DNA of 58,445 nt, the filler included, from Asterionella formosa (lineage: Eukaryota), in assembly GCA_002256025.1 (NCBI GenBank). It is 4 parts of 4 records of this genome, joined end to end, with 100 filler letters (N's around TTAATTAATTAA, not from the genome) between each part and the next. Parts side by side here need not be neighbours in the genome. Positions count along the whole stretch, not along the records: positions 29,280 to 43,814 come from NKIB01005954.1; positions 43,915 to 58,445 come from NKIB01005962.1; 2 more parts are not named here. One strand, written 5' to 3'. Position numbers and translations under genes: made by a program. The notes beneath the pieces are model-generated. The model searched no databases, was not told where the DNA came from, and saw only the letters and a list, made by a program, of their open reading frames with translations. Of the stretch, positions 37,289-49,660 are shown piece after piece (within the stretch, counting starts at the first letter, position 1; every line of letters begins with the position of its first letter).

Positions 37289-37564
37289 AGTACTACCAGG
37301 TACCAGGTACATAGCTACCGTTACGATGCTACGATGCTACGACTATATGTATGGCCATTTGAGCTGAGAGTTGATTACTTTTCGGGTACCTGGTACCGGT
37401 ACCTGGCACGGCGTTCGTAGTATCATGAACTACTAAAGACAAGAAGATGTCAGCGACACTCCAGGAGCACATAATGCCGACGCACAATCAATATTCCTTC
37501 TGTCTATTCCTTAGCGATTTCGAAGAAATAACGACGCACCATAGATTAGTAACATATCAATGAT

Positions 37565-39127
37565 ATGATACCAATCATACAGAGTGGACAAGCACCAATT
37601 AATCTCGTAATTTCAAATCTATCGAGACGGTATAACCAATTCTCTGCCTTGCGCCCTTTTTCAGTACCGGTAGGTCAGTTCGCCATTTCAATGCTTTCGG
37701 AACTTCTCCCCAATGTGGAAATATCGACCAATAATTATGATAGAGAAGTTCATGGGAGAGGCGAATCATATCATCCAACGGCATCTCCCTGGGCCGTCGT
37801 GTATCCCACGTCCGTGGAAGATGTTGTCAAGATTGTCAAGCATTGTGGTTCACACCAAGTTCCCATCATTCCTTACGGGGCTGGAACAAGCGTCGAAGGC
37901 CACGTTTGCGCTCTGGAGGGAGGCATCAGCTTGGACATGACTCGGATGAACTCGCTAAAAATCACGGAAAATGAGAGTGGAATTCCCAACCCCATTGCAG
38001 TGGTGGGAGCAGGAATTACTCGGAAGCAATTGAATGAGGCGCTTCGACACACTGGAATGCATTTTGTGGTTGATCCCGGAGCTGATGCCACAATTGGAGG
38101 CATGGTAGCTTGTGGAGCATCTGGTACAACTACCGTCAAGTATGGGTCTATGCGAGAGAACATTTTGGCGTTAGAATGCGTGTTGCCTGATGGAACAATA
38201 GCTAATTGTGGAACTCATGCTTTGAAGTCCTCGGCTGGATATGACCTTACTTCTCTCATGTGTGGATCAGAGGGAACACTTGGAGTCATTACAAGCATCT
38301 CTGTCAAGCTTCATCCCATACCTGAGCACATATTCTCAGCAGTGTGCGTCTTCGATGAACTCAGATCAGCGGCAGATGCAGTTGCGGCATTGAAGCTCTG
38401 CAATATTTCATTGGCGCGGTGCGAGCTCCTAGATGCAACAAGTGTGCACGCTTTTAACCAATACAACCTAGCACGAGGAAATAGAACCGAAATGCGACAA
38501 CTGAAGCCAACTCTTTTCTTTGAGTATCACGGTAACAGTATTGCTTCGGTTCAAGAGCAAGTTGACATGACTAAGTCTATATGCATTCATGATTATGGTG
38601 GTTCTGATTTTCAGTTCGAATCTGATGAAATCAAGCGCAAGCATCTTTGGTCTGCACGTCATGATCTATACTATGCTACGCTTGCTCTCCGTCCTGGGGC
38701 CACTGGGGCCATCGTTACAGATTGCTGCGTGCCTCTATCAAGATTTGCCGATTTGATTTCCACAACAGCAAAGGACGTCATTGATTTGGACGTAGTCGGT
38801 CCCTGTTTTGGTCATGCCGGAGATGGAAATCTACATTGTATAATGCCAGTGAGAGACGATGACGGTGAGGACTATTTGTCGCGGTTGAATCAAATCAATG
38901 ATAGCCTTATTCGCAGGACACTGGAGGCTGGCGGCACATGCACTGGCGAGCACGGAGTTGGGTACGGAAAAATGAAGTATTTGGAACAGCAGTATGGAAC
39001 AGGTGCAGTTCACATGATGAAACTGATCAAGAATGCTATCGATCCTCTCAATATAATGAATCCCGGCAAGGTAGTGAGAGGAATTAGTCGGATGGGTTCG
39101 CACATAAGTGTTGTTGCTCCTGGCTAG
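37565..39127 (+). CDS. LDHD: D-lactate dehydrogenase (cytochrome), FAD-linked oxidase, probably mitochondrial
   Basis: PYGAGTSVEGH, VDPGADATIGGM, ASGTTTVKYG, KSSAGYDLT, GSEGTLG, GHAGDGNLH, GTCTGEHGVGYGK, DPLNIMNPGKV. Confidence 0.92.
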   Translation: MIPIIQSGQAPINLVISNLSRRYNQFSALRPFSVPVGQFAISMLSELLPNVEISTNNYDREVHGRGESYHPTASPWAVVYPTSVEDVVKIVKHCGSHQVPIIPYGAGTSVEGHVCALEGGISLDMTRMNSLKITENESGIPNPIAVVGAGITRKQLNEALRHTGMHFVVDPGADATIGGMVACGASGTTTVKYGSMRENILALECVLPDGTIANCGTHALKSSAGYDLTSLMCGSEGTLGVITSISVKLHPIPEHIFSAVCVFDELRSAADAVAALKLCNISLARCELLDATSVHAFNQYNLARGNRTEMRQLKPTLFFEYHGNSIASVQEQVDMTKSICIHDYGGSDFQFESDEIKRKHLWSARHDLYYATLALRPGATGAIVTDCCVPLSRFADLISTTAKDVIDLDVVGPCFGHAGDGNLHCIMPVRDDDGEDYLSRLNQINDSLIRRTLEAGGTCTGEHGVGYGKMKYLEQQYGTGAVHMMKLIKNAIDPLNIMNPGKVVRGISRMGSHISVVAPG

Positions 39128-39345
39128 TTTTTCACAAATGAAGACAAGGATGCACGGTGAAAAATATAAAAATAAAGCTAGGAGCACGTGATGAGAATCG
39201 AATAAAGCTAGATGCAGAACATCGAATTTCTCGTCAGGCGATGGAAATGGCACGAAAACAACAAAGGAAACGATTCAATCGTGAAATAAGCAGGTTTCTA
39301 TTCTCGATGAGCCATTTTGCTCTGAGGTGCGATTGATTTGTTATT

Positions 39346-39948
39346 TCACTCCTGATTTTTCTCCGCGCAAGGACGCTTGTAGAGTACAAAGCTGCTCTCG
39401 GATGACAGCATACATAAATTCACTTCCCGCGGTTTCAGGGCTCCGTCGTCACCGACTCTTGAGTCCAAGCTGAAGGTTTCGTGCCGGTTGTCATACAATT
39501 TCTCGATATCAAAATGATCTTCAAGCGCAGGAATGTACAATAATGAAAGATTTCCTTCTTCCAATAGATACCTTGCTACTGGATTCCCTGGTCGTGCGCG
39601 TCGCGAGTGCTCTAATTCTCTGGCGGGCAAGACACGGAAGCCAATGGAAGCATATGAAGGATCTAAGTGTATCTTGGAAGACATGTGTTCATTATATTCT
39701 TCCCAGTCATGAAGTGAAGAGTTTGGAGAGTTTCCATATTGATAGAAAACGTGGTCACCCGAAACGCGCTGTGCAGAAGGCTTAACCAGGCGAACGGGTG
39801 TTGCTCTTGGCGCCGCATCAAAATAATCCAAATCACCATGATCAGAGCTGCTTTCTTCCCAAGAATTTGGCGGTGTATCCGTCACCATCTCATTTGTAAC
39901 AAGGGTAGAGACAGCGGACAACAGTGGCGTCGAAACCGTCGAAGCCAT
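39346..39948 (-). CDS. hypothetical protein
   Basis: 200-aa ATG ORF with coding-like composition; no family recognised. Confidence 0.55.
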   Translation of the reverse strand: MASTVSTPLLSAVSTLVTNEMVTDTPPNSWEESSSDHGDLDYFDAAPRATPVRLVKPSAQRVSGDHVFYQYGNSPNSSLHDWEEYNEHMSSKIHLDPSYASIGFRVLPARELEHSRRARPGNPVARYLLEEGNLSLLYIPALEDHFDIEKLYDNRHETFSLDSRVGDDGALKPREVNLCMLSSESSFVLYKRPCAEKNQE

Positions 39949-40536
39949 GATGAAAGGGGATACGTTGTTGCTGTTGCCGAGTCGATGATTTTTGTGTTGA
40001 ACGCTCGTGGGAAAACTTTTCAGAACTCAAAGTATTTGGAGTTGTCACGTCACACATAGTTCCAAGACTCTTCAAAAAGTATTTCGATTTAGTGTGATAG
40101 CTGCAACGGTCGATAGCACACACCATGGCCAAGTCTCGGTAAATCTGAGTTTTGTGTTGGCGCGCTCGTTTATGTATTGTCATTTGAAGCCATTAAAAGA
40201 CATCTTGTTAATCATGTATGATCATGATAATGACAAATATTTATACTGGTATATATATTTTTTACCTAACAAAATATTTATAAATTCTTTTTTTTAAATG
40301 AAATTCATGAATGAAAAATTGTTTCCTCCGGGTACGTGTTGTTACTGAGACTCTACCGTAGATGTACATACCTGATGTCCCTTTTTTGCGAAATTCTACC
40401 AAGTAGTATCTTCCTGTAGGACTCCGTTAGTGTTCTACTCTGGACAGGTCAATACATACTGTCCGGTACCTGGTACCCTCCTCGCTTGACCGTGATGAAA
40501 ATATGGTATGGAGAAGGAAAAACATTCTACCAAGTA

Positions 40537-41783
40537 CAGTGAAACCTTGCTATGAGATACACTCCCTATAGGATACACCCTCTATATAAGATACACTTTT
40601 CTCAATGAAGCGCCCCCAATTTGGAAATCCTTGTAAGGGACCCTCTCTACAAGATGCACCCTCTGTTAGATACACTTGGATACTCTTTTTCTAAAAGCAT
40701 GGATGACAAATCCTCTCTTCAATGAGTATCTATTGGATTTGAATGCATACATGGCTTCTCAGAACAGGAAGATTCTTTTATTCTTAGATAACGCCCCTGT
40801 ACACATTGTTGATGAGGAAAATAAGCTCAAGGCTATTACATGTTAAGATTCAATTCTAAGCTCAAGAAGGCTATTACATGTAAAGATTCAATTCTTCCCT
40901 CCAAACTTGACAAGTTTGTTGCAACTGTTGGATGCTGGAATCATTAGAAGTGCGAAAGCTCTCGCCCATAAGCACCAAGTTTTGCAGTTATTAAAAAAAA
41001 TTGAAATGGGAGAACATGCAGCAGATCTGGCTAAGAAATTGCAGGTTATTGATGCAATGAAGTTTATGGCTACATCCTGGGGAAGTGTTCTGACTGAAAC
41101 AATTCAAAAATGCTTTAAAGCATGTGGGTTTGACATAGTATGTTATGAAGAATGTGTATCCTCAGTACCAGAGGAAACTGAAAATGAAGTGGCGGAACTG
41201 ATGGAGAGGCTTGGAGAAGTTGATATTCATTATGTACAAGATTGCATTGGCGAATATGCAATCCCATGTGATGAATCTTTAATTGCAAATTTGGTTGCTG
41301 AATATATTGATGAAGGGGATGAGGAGGATGATAGTGCCTTGGATAAAGGCGGTATCATGGCAGCAGTCAGTGATGTGTCCAAAAAGGTTCCTAGAACCTC
41401 ACGAGATGCTTTGTTTGGTTTAAAAACAGCACTGATGCATGTAACAGAAAATTATTTATTTGAGCAGGAGCTTCCATTGCTTGAAATAATCGACTCTGTT
41501 CAGAAAAGGTATCATTCTAGACTTTTTCAGCCTCCAATCAAATCTTTTTTTAATTCCAAATGAAAATCAAAAGTTAAATAAACTGCAAATTATTAATTTC
41601 AACCTTCCTGCCTTCTTGTATGCATATTGTACATATTGTGTACCCTGGTACTAGTACTGTAGTATGTATACAACAGCGTAAACTTGCGGAACCTCCGTAT
41701 AAGATACACCTCCCTAGTATAGGATACAAAAAGGCCATACTTGCAGGAGCAAACAGGGTGTATCTCTTTGGGAGGTTCCACCG
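40537..41783 (+). mobile_element. pogo/Tigger (Tc1/mariner) DNA transposon, internally deleted
   Basis: TA|CAGTGAAACCT...AGGTTCCACCG|TA with subterminal agatacac(cctct) repeats. DDE_1 remnant SKAWMTNPLFNEYL..RKILLFLDNAPVH..IQFFPPNLTSLLQLLDAGII; an internal duplication at 40823-40895 disrupts it. Confidence 0.9.
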
Positions 41784-41996
41784 TAGTTTTCATAGTGCCA
41801 GCAAAAAACTGCACTGACCCACTGTTTTATCCCATTCATATAAGATGAGAATTCCAAACTTGGGATTATCCGTGCTTTTCAATATTCTACCAATGGAGTA
41901 ATAGAACCCTGCGGTATACGATGGAATTGTCCAAGAAGTTCTACCAGGTACCAGGAGGTACCAGGGTACTATAGGACCATTAAAGTGCTACATTAA

Positions 41997-43197
41997 GGTT
42001 GCGGCCCCGGCTTAACCCTAGTTCGGAGAAAATGTCGCTAGGGTTGTTAAAACGGCGTGGAACAGGGAGTTTCCTACTATGAATTCCCATGATTCGAGTG
42101 TCACTTTAAGTATTTGAATTAAATAGCAGGAATCGGCGCCAGATTGATAGAGTTCCATTTTAAACAAACATTTTTCTTTCCATTTTAAACAAACAAAAAT
42201 GATATTTAAACATCTTTATTATATCTACGTTACTCTATGTAGAGATATTTTTGCTCCACGCCAAAATACATATATAAATCAGGAGTATGCTAATGTGTAT
42301 GCGCATGGTTCTTGTTCAAACAAAGAGAAATGATGTCATTTTTATGTTTATATTGAATCTACATTGCTGTATGGTGTAGTTTCAATACTACTCTACTCCC
42401 AAAGGCATATACTGGTATATAAATCAGTGCCGGAGTACCAGTAGCTATAGTAACTAGTACCTGGTACATAATCCTGTTTCATGATGATTGAAGACAGGAT
42501 GAAACTACCTGTACCAGGTAGTAAAGATTTTCATATCGGTATGCAGTGCATCTAACACATGTGGTTCAAGTGTGGCTGGTATGATTTTACAAGACTGGGA
42601 TACTTCAGCAAATCTGGAGCAGGTGAGGAGTAAATTATATTCAACCAATCAGAAAATTTGTTGTGATGCGGGAACTTAGTACCCTGGAGTCTTTTCGGAT
42701 AGAGAATTATTCAGCAAAAATACCTACGCAAGACTCTAAGTCTACGAGAACGTTTTTGCACGTACTAATTCCGATTCCAATATTTTGGCGACTGTTGAAA
42801 AAGCCGATCGGGTCGACTTTTTGGAAGAGTATTGCTCTACATCTACGGGGTTTCATGACGATTAAAATAGATAGCCGTGTACCCTATAACGTCAGGAGTT
42901 AACTTCTGAAGAGAAGTGGCAGCTATGTATCGTAGATTTTTTGAAAAGCTTCGTAGCCCCTTTTTCTGGGATAACTGCCACTTCTCTCTAGAAATGAGGT
43001 CCTTTTTCAATATAGATCATACCCCTAACAAGTCGAGCAATGACAGAATCTAAGCATATGCAAAGTGGTTGTATTGGTGAAAGCTTATTTTTCCTTTAAC
43101 TATTATATTTAGTTGTATGTACTGTGTAGATTGAAATACATCATAAAATATTTTGGAAAAAACAGACCTCGCAATGTGTAACTGCGGGGCTGCAACC
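41997..43197 (+). mobile_element. Kolobok-type non-autonomous element, copy 1
   Basis: TTAA|GGTTGCGGCCCCG...CGGGGCTGCAACC|TTAA, i.e. TTAA TSD with RR...YY termini. Internal inverted repeat agagaagtggcag/ctgccacttctct. Confidence 0.8.
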
Positions 43198-43220
43198 TTA
43201 ATGAAAGTGTGTTTGCTTAA

Positions 43221-43814
43221 GGTTGCAGCCCTCGGCTTAACCCTAGTTTGGAGAAAACGTCGCTAGGGTTGTAAAAACGGCATGGAACAGGGAGTTTGCT
43301 GCTATGAGTTCCTATGATTCGAGTGTCCATTTGAATATTTGATTTAAATAGCTAGGAGTCGGCGCCAGATAGATAGAGTTCCATTTTGAACAAACAAAAA
43401 TGATATTTAAACGTTTATACTGTATGTGGCTACGTTGCTGTATGTAGACATAATTTTGTTCCACGCCAAAACACATAAATAAATCAGGAGTAGCTATGCC
43501 TAGCTAAGTGTATACTCATGACTCATGATATTTTGTATCCGTTTATATTGAACCTTAAAGCTGTTTGTAGATTTAATATTACTCTACCTGGTACCCCCCG
43601 AAAGGCATATTACTCTACACTCAAAGGCACATACCGGTATATAAACCAATACCGGAGTAACGGTGTACCAGGGTACCTGGTACCGGTAGCACATAACGGT
43701 AATCTTGGTTAATGACGATGGATGATGAAACTACCGGTGGTACACAGTACATCTAATACATGTGGTTCAAGTGTGGCTGGTATGATTTTACAAGACCGGG
43801 ATACTTCAGCAAAT
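43221..43814 (+). mobile_element. Kolobok-type non-autonomous element, copy 2 (runs into gap)
   Basis: TTAA|GGTTGCAGCCCTCGG; colinear with 41997-42613 up to the gap. Confidence 0.8.
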
Positions 43815-43914
43815 NNNNNNNNNNNNNNNNNNNNNNNNNNNNNNNNNNNNNNNNNNNNTTAATTAATTAANNNNNNNNNNNNNNNNNNNNNNNNNNNNNN
43901 NNNNNNNNNNNNNN

Positions 43915-44587
43915 CAACCATTTCGACTTCACCAGCCATTCCCATGATCTCCATCTCATCTTCCTTCGTTATCTTTTCTTCTGTTGGTTGGTATCGAATC
44001 GACGCGGGCACAAAGTCTTCATCTTCACCCTCTAAATCCGAGCCATCCAAGGAACCTTCCTCCTCGCCACCGGCAAACATCTCATCCATGTCCATATCAT
44101 CAAGATTTCCATTGTTCTGCTGCTGCAGAGAAGATGCTACAGCTCCCTGTGGCTGAGTATGTGCGGGTGGTGAAAAGTTGATCCAAGCTACGCCTTCGAA
44201 CTGAGGCGGAATCATATTTGCTCCAAATGTCAAAAAGTTCCGGACGGCAGGAGACTCTCTCGCTCCAGGATACAATAGTACAGCCAGCAGCCATTCCTGT
44301 AACTCATTGCGACTGATTGATATACTATTGATATCACCACACGTGTAACGGTTCTGTGGACATACAGGAAGATCTGACAAAATCTGGCACAAAGCTTCAG
44401 AAACGGCTAGAAAGTCCTCGTGACTTCGAAGGACAGTCCAAGACTGTACCGGCTGCGTGACACAAACAGCGTGAACTAGGCCTCCCCCTTGAATGGGTCC
44501 AGCTGCCACAATCATGACGCTGAAGTCCGGCGCCGATGAGTGCTGTCGAAAGCAACGAGGGAAGAATGGCAAAGTTAGAGTATACAC
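43915..44587 (-). CDS. PX-domain protein (partial; 3' end in gap, start uncertain)
   Basis: SWTVLRSHEDFLAVSEAL...LPVCP...RNELQEWLLAVL...SPAVRNFLT is a PX-domain pattern, followed by an acidic tail. Confidence 0.7.
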
Positions 44588-45559
44588 AAATGACCGGCCG
44601 ATAAAGTCAGCAGTAGATTCTGTTATAAAACCTTCTCACAACTCCTCTTTGTTGGCTGATCGATATGGGCAACAACTAGGAACCATACAACATCCTGGTT
44701 AAAAAGAGAAACAGATGTTATCGCGAATGACGGCATCCTCAAAACAAAACGAAGTTGTTGAAGACAGCTGCAGGGACAAACTGCCCCCATCATGTATGCC
44801 AAATCATACGGGATTCGCTGTAGGATTCACATCCAAATATAGTTGCGAAAGAACAGAATTGGTTCTTATTACCCCGTTTCTTCTTACCAATTGCTTTTGC
44901 GGTGATGCCGACATAATTCAAGAGTTCGTTGATTCTCTGGCAACGACTTATAGAGGAAGGCTGAAGCAAGGAGAGAAGAGAATCAGTTGACAACGAACCA
45001 AAACGCAGGAAAACGGCCACTCTTTCTTAGCTGTAGGGGTGCTCGTGAGGGATTAAAAACAACGAAAAGATACATGGTGATAGATATCCTGTACCAGGGT
45101 ACCAGAGTGCACTATCTATGTACCTGGTAAATTGGTACGCTACTCCGAGTACCTAAAACGCTGTCTATAAATAACAAGGAGGGCATGGCTGGACTATGGT
45201 ACCCCTGGTACCAGTAGTACCAGGTACCAGGAATTGTAGTTGTGGTTGTTTTATGAGCACCTTTTCAGTTACAATTCACTCCCAATTTTTGTCCCATGAT
45301 GCCTGCCGGATGAGATAGGCCAGCTTTCAATGAAAATAATATTCCTAAATGATTTAGAAAAAAATTACTCTTAGTGACCAACGACAATTTGCAGAACGAA
45401 ACTCTGAACATGACTTGTTGGATTTGCTGCCTGATCAACTGCTCAACTGGGCCTTCCAGGAGGCAAGGCCCAGTAGTACACATTTTATGTGCACTTTTTC
45501 AGCTTTAACTCACTCCCAATGATTTTTCCCATGCCTAATGGAGCAAGGCTGGAAAATGA

Positions 45560-46478
45560 CAAAGTTTCACCAGCAGATACATACTGTGCGTCCAAAATAT
45601 CAAACAGTTTGGCAGTCCGCAAGTTTTCATTGGGGGACCAATGGAAAAGAATTTGAAAATCCTTTGCAAGTTACCAGCTAAAACATCTCGAAAACGACAT
45701 CAGCCACCTAATGGACCTTCAATCTGGACAAAGAATTATCGAAAAAATTGCCATAGGTGTTGCATGTTGGGAATTTTTGGGAAGAGATCCTTTTGAACAT
45801 GGTGATACAGATTCACTTGCCAATGATGGTACTACTAATGTAACAACAAGCACTGGGACTGACAGTATAAGCACATCTACAGGTGTTGCACGCTTTGTCT
45901 TAAAGTTACAGGAAAATAATGGTGAATTCGCTATTGCCTCTGTCACTTCCAATTCGGCAACTATAAAGACATCACACCCAGGAGTTGACATTGATTTAAT
46001 TCGATTTCTAGGAAAGGAAGAAGTGCTTCCCTTCATAACCAAAAAGTCAATTGAGTTCCTGTGTGAACACAAACGAGATGGAAATACTTTCCATGCCCAT
46101 CCTAATTATTTGGGACAGGGGTCTTGGTATGATTGGGCTGACTTCAAATGGATAGATGAGGAAAGTGGTATACCTTACATAGTGTTGGGGGAAATCTTTG
46201 GTTTTGTATTGCTTCTTGAGCCTGAATTTGATTTTACTGATCCACGATTGTGTGCATCACTTCGCAACGAAACAACTGGAATCTTTGCAATTGTGAACTC
46301 ATGTAAGGAACCAAGTGAGAGTATATTTAATAGCCATTGTTCTAAAATGTTTGAACTAGCTAACCTGATGGGTTATGAATCAGGAAAGAGAAAACAGCTC
46401 ATGTTTGTTACTGTCGATTGTATTTCTGCGGCTGGGTTTCCATTCCAAACTATCTTAAGTAACTTTCTATGCTGTTAA
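45560..46478 (+). pseudogene. Plavaka-like (CACTA-related) transposase C-terminal remnant
   Basis: Frameshifted KFHQQIH..IKQFGSPQVFIGGPMEKNLK..KLPAKTS..MDLQSGQR, then FHAHPNYLGQGSWYDWADFKW. Confidence 0.65.
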
Positions 46479-47772
46479 ATTATCATTCACTAAAGCAGCA
46501 AAATCGAGATTGAAATCTTGATTATGCTGTTAAACTGTGATGTGCTATTTGTGTAGCCAATCATAATTTTGTTTGAGGGCGGGCTATCATTGCTGTTTCT
46601 TTGACTGGCGTGTCGTGTTGGTCTGATGTGTTTGGTAATTGTCACTTATCATATATAATAATTTTTACCAAAGTTTCAACATTGAACCATCGAACTTTCC
46701 GGTTTAATATCCCAACTCTCATTCTAGTAGTAGCGAGCTACTAAGCCTACATCGGTAGTCTGTAGCTAGTAGCGCTGCTACTGACACCTTCCTCATTCAC
46801 CATTTCCTCTTTGGAAACTGCTCCTCTACTCGTATTCATGCTCAACTTGCTCTGTTAGGCCTGCCGGTCACTCCACAGCAAAAATCATTCAAATCCGCCC
46901 ATTCCATCATCCTGAGAAGACGAATTTCGCCTATTTTCCACACCTCTCACAGCACTTCCTTCAAGCAAATGCTCATTCCTCCTTCCACGCTTTTCCTGTC
47001 ACTCTCTCTACCACTTCCAACTCTCTCATATTCACCTAGAAGACCCCTAGACGCTCAGGAAATCCCAAGAAACTGCTTTCTATTGGTGCCGCCGCCCACA
47101 CCCTCTGCCATCAAGCACCAAAGGAAGTAGGAATATCACTTTGCTCCTGTGATCTCTCTACTGCATTGGCAATTTCGACTCCTAATCTACAATCAGATGC
47201 ATCATTTCATCAAGTACTTCACATTTATTTATTGTCTCAGCCTGTCACCACCACTCCAAGAATTTCAGTCAATTACACACCTCAGAACAAGTCGCTGCCC
47301 CCAGCATTACCAAGACCTCCCTTCCAGCAATAACATGATCATGCATCCATCCCTGTATTTCTTCTGTGCTTTTTATTCCCCCCCCCCCCCATACTGCCTT
47401 GCACAAGCTTCAAGAATTCCTTTTGCTGTCAATCCATTTTGCCTGCAGCATTTTATTCATGAATAGTGATACCTTCTTATCAATTTCATAATCCATACTA
47501 GCTTCCACGCTATTCTTCCGTCTCTCTCTCTCTATTCCTTCTGATACCACGCATCAAATATCTTGTCAAGTTTTCTCCAACCCTGCTTCAAAGATCATGT
47601 GTGTCAGCTTCTGTACTTATTTTCTCCCTCTCTCAATGCCAGATGCTATCTCACTTTCATCCACCACACTCGAAGAGTCACATGGGCTCCTTGCCTGCCT
47701 CAGTGGAACAGTCTTACTGGTACGGACCGCTTGTCTGTACTGATTATGCCACGACTTGCAGTTAGGTAAGAT

Positions 47773-49660
47773 ATGGAATGGCGGCAGCGGTCCAGCGGGA
47801 ATAAGTATAACTCAGTAAGTGGACATGCTTTTTGTATTAGCGGCTACACTAAAAAGATACTAGAATACAGAGTGAAATGTAAGGTCTGCAATGTGTGCGA
47901 CAGGGCTATACAGTACAAGAAACCAACCAAGGAAAATGTTTGTCCCAAGAATCATGTAACTGGTAGTTCGAAGGCAATGGATCCAGATGCCGATGTGGAA
48001 ATGATGATTGATGCAGTTATGAAAAACAATTTTATCTACTCTACAATCATCTGCAATGATTATTCTACTATAAGAGCTATTTCTAAATGGTCCTATAAGG
48101 AGTTATTGAAACTACAGCCATCCTTCCAATGGCCAAGAAAATTGAAAGGATTAAAAAAATCGGATAAAGGATGCCTTCCACTGATTGTACCCAAACCTAC
48201 ATTTCTTTCTGAAACATCCCACTGAAATCCAATAGCCCGGTCTCCCTCGAGTGTCCTTCAAAAGCTGATTGTCTCCATTTGAAAATATACTACAGCGCTT
48301 GGATTAAAAAATCGGAACCTTTCTCTGACCGAATTTAGTAATTTCTCCAAGGCACCAATCAACCATTTATTTGGCTGCCATGATTACTGCTCTGAAATAT
48401 GGTGCCCTGTAAAAGCAGGAAAAATGGTTAGTAACGGGAAATATCATGACATTGAAAAGGAAAAAATTTATACGAATGGTTGATGTTGCATGTTTCAACG
48501 AAAGTCGAAGGCGAAAAACTGCTATCATTGCATCATCCCTTTGACACGCAGATTAATGAGGCAATGAACAATGCATTGTTGTAACGATGTCCGAAAAACA
48601 AGGTGTTTGTGGGATCCGGAGGCCTTCAATATCGAGTGGCTTCGGTTGCGGGGCAACACAAGCAATACACAAGTGATGTATGCGAGCAATGTGGAATGCA
48701 GATGTCAGCACTGCTAGAATCCTTCTGGAGACTCAAGGAGAAGCGACGAAGTGACGATGGAGCCTACAAAGCACAAATCAGACGAAAGAGGAAACGAAAC
48801 GAAAAAATACATGCAGCACAATTTGAAACAGTCAAACAAGAAAGGCAAGACAACAAATCAGGTAAGACTTCCGGTTCTGGTGTTGCGTTAAGAGGGGAAC
48901 ATCAGGAAACAAGACAAAAAGGAATGAATGTCTGCAATCATTGTTGCCGCAATGATCATCAAAGTAAAATCAGCACACTCTGTCCATTTAATGTAGGCAA
49001 AGTGCATTCTAGGACTAGTACTGCAATGCTTACAATCACTGATGATCAACAAACTACTGTGGATATTGTACCAGCCAACCCCCAAGAAAATGCTGCGTGT
49101 GCATCCAGTGTGGCCAGCATGGCTTTGCAAGACTGCGCAAACCGGGCCAATCAAATGTTGGTAAGTAATTGAACTTTACCAATCTAACAATGGAATTTTT
49201 CGTAAAGGAGATTGTAGGACGAAAAATTGAATCACGAGATTCTTATTCCGATGATGACGTTTCGGTGATTAGTGATTCTGATTCTGACATTCTTGAGATC
49301 GTTGAAAAGGCCGATTCTGTAAAATTATTGGACGACAAAAACTCAACGTTGGCAGGGTTTGAAGAAGAGTTAAGTACATAGGTGATCTTTGTATAGCCCC
49401 AGAAGTTATCTTTCGGCGAGAAAGTGCAGAAAGGAACTTCCCCCACCGGTTTTTTACTAGACCAAAAAAACGAGTTGGCCCGGTAAAATCCACTATTTTC
49501 AGAATAGTTACAAAACCGAAGTTCCTTTTCTGCACTTTCTCGACAGATCCTATATCCTGACGATATATAGAGTTGACCTCTACCCCTAATTTGTCAGAAG
49601 ACTGTATCTAAGCATATGGAAAGGGTGTATATTGGTGAAAGCTCTGTTTAGCGAATTACA
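47773..49660 (+). pseudogene. Kolobok-type DDE transposase pseudogene (similar proteins are often annotated 'Mutator-like') plus 3' subterminal region
   Basis: WRQRSSGNKYNSVSGH, KVCNVC, CPKNHVTGSSKAMD, IICNDYS, HLFGCHDYCSEIWCP, HPFDTQINEAMNN, CNHCCRNDH, with stops and frameshifts. 49392-49645 is homologous to 42886-43090 of the TTAA-bounded element. Confidence 0.75.
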
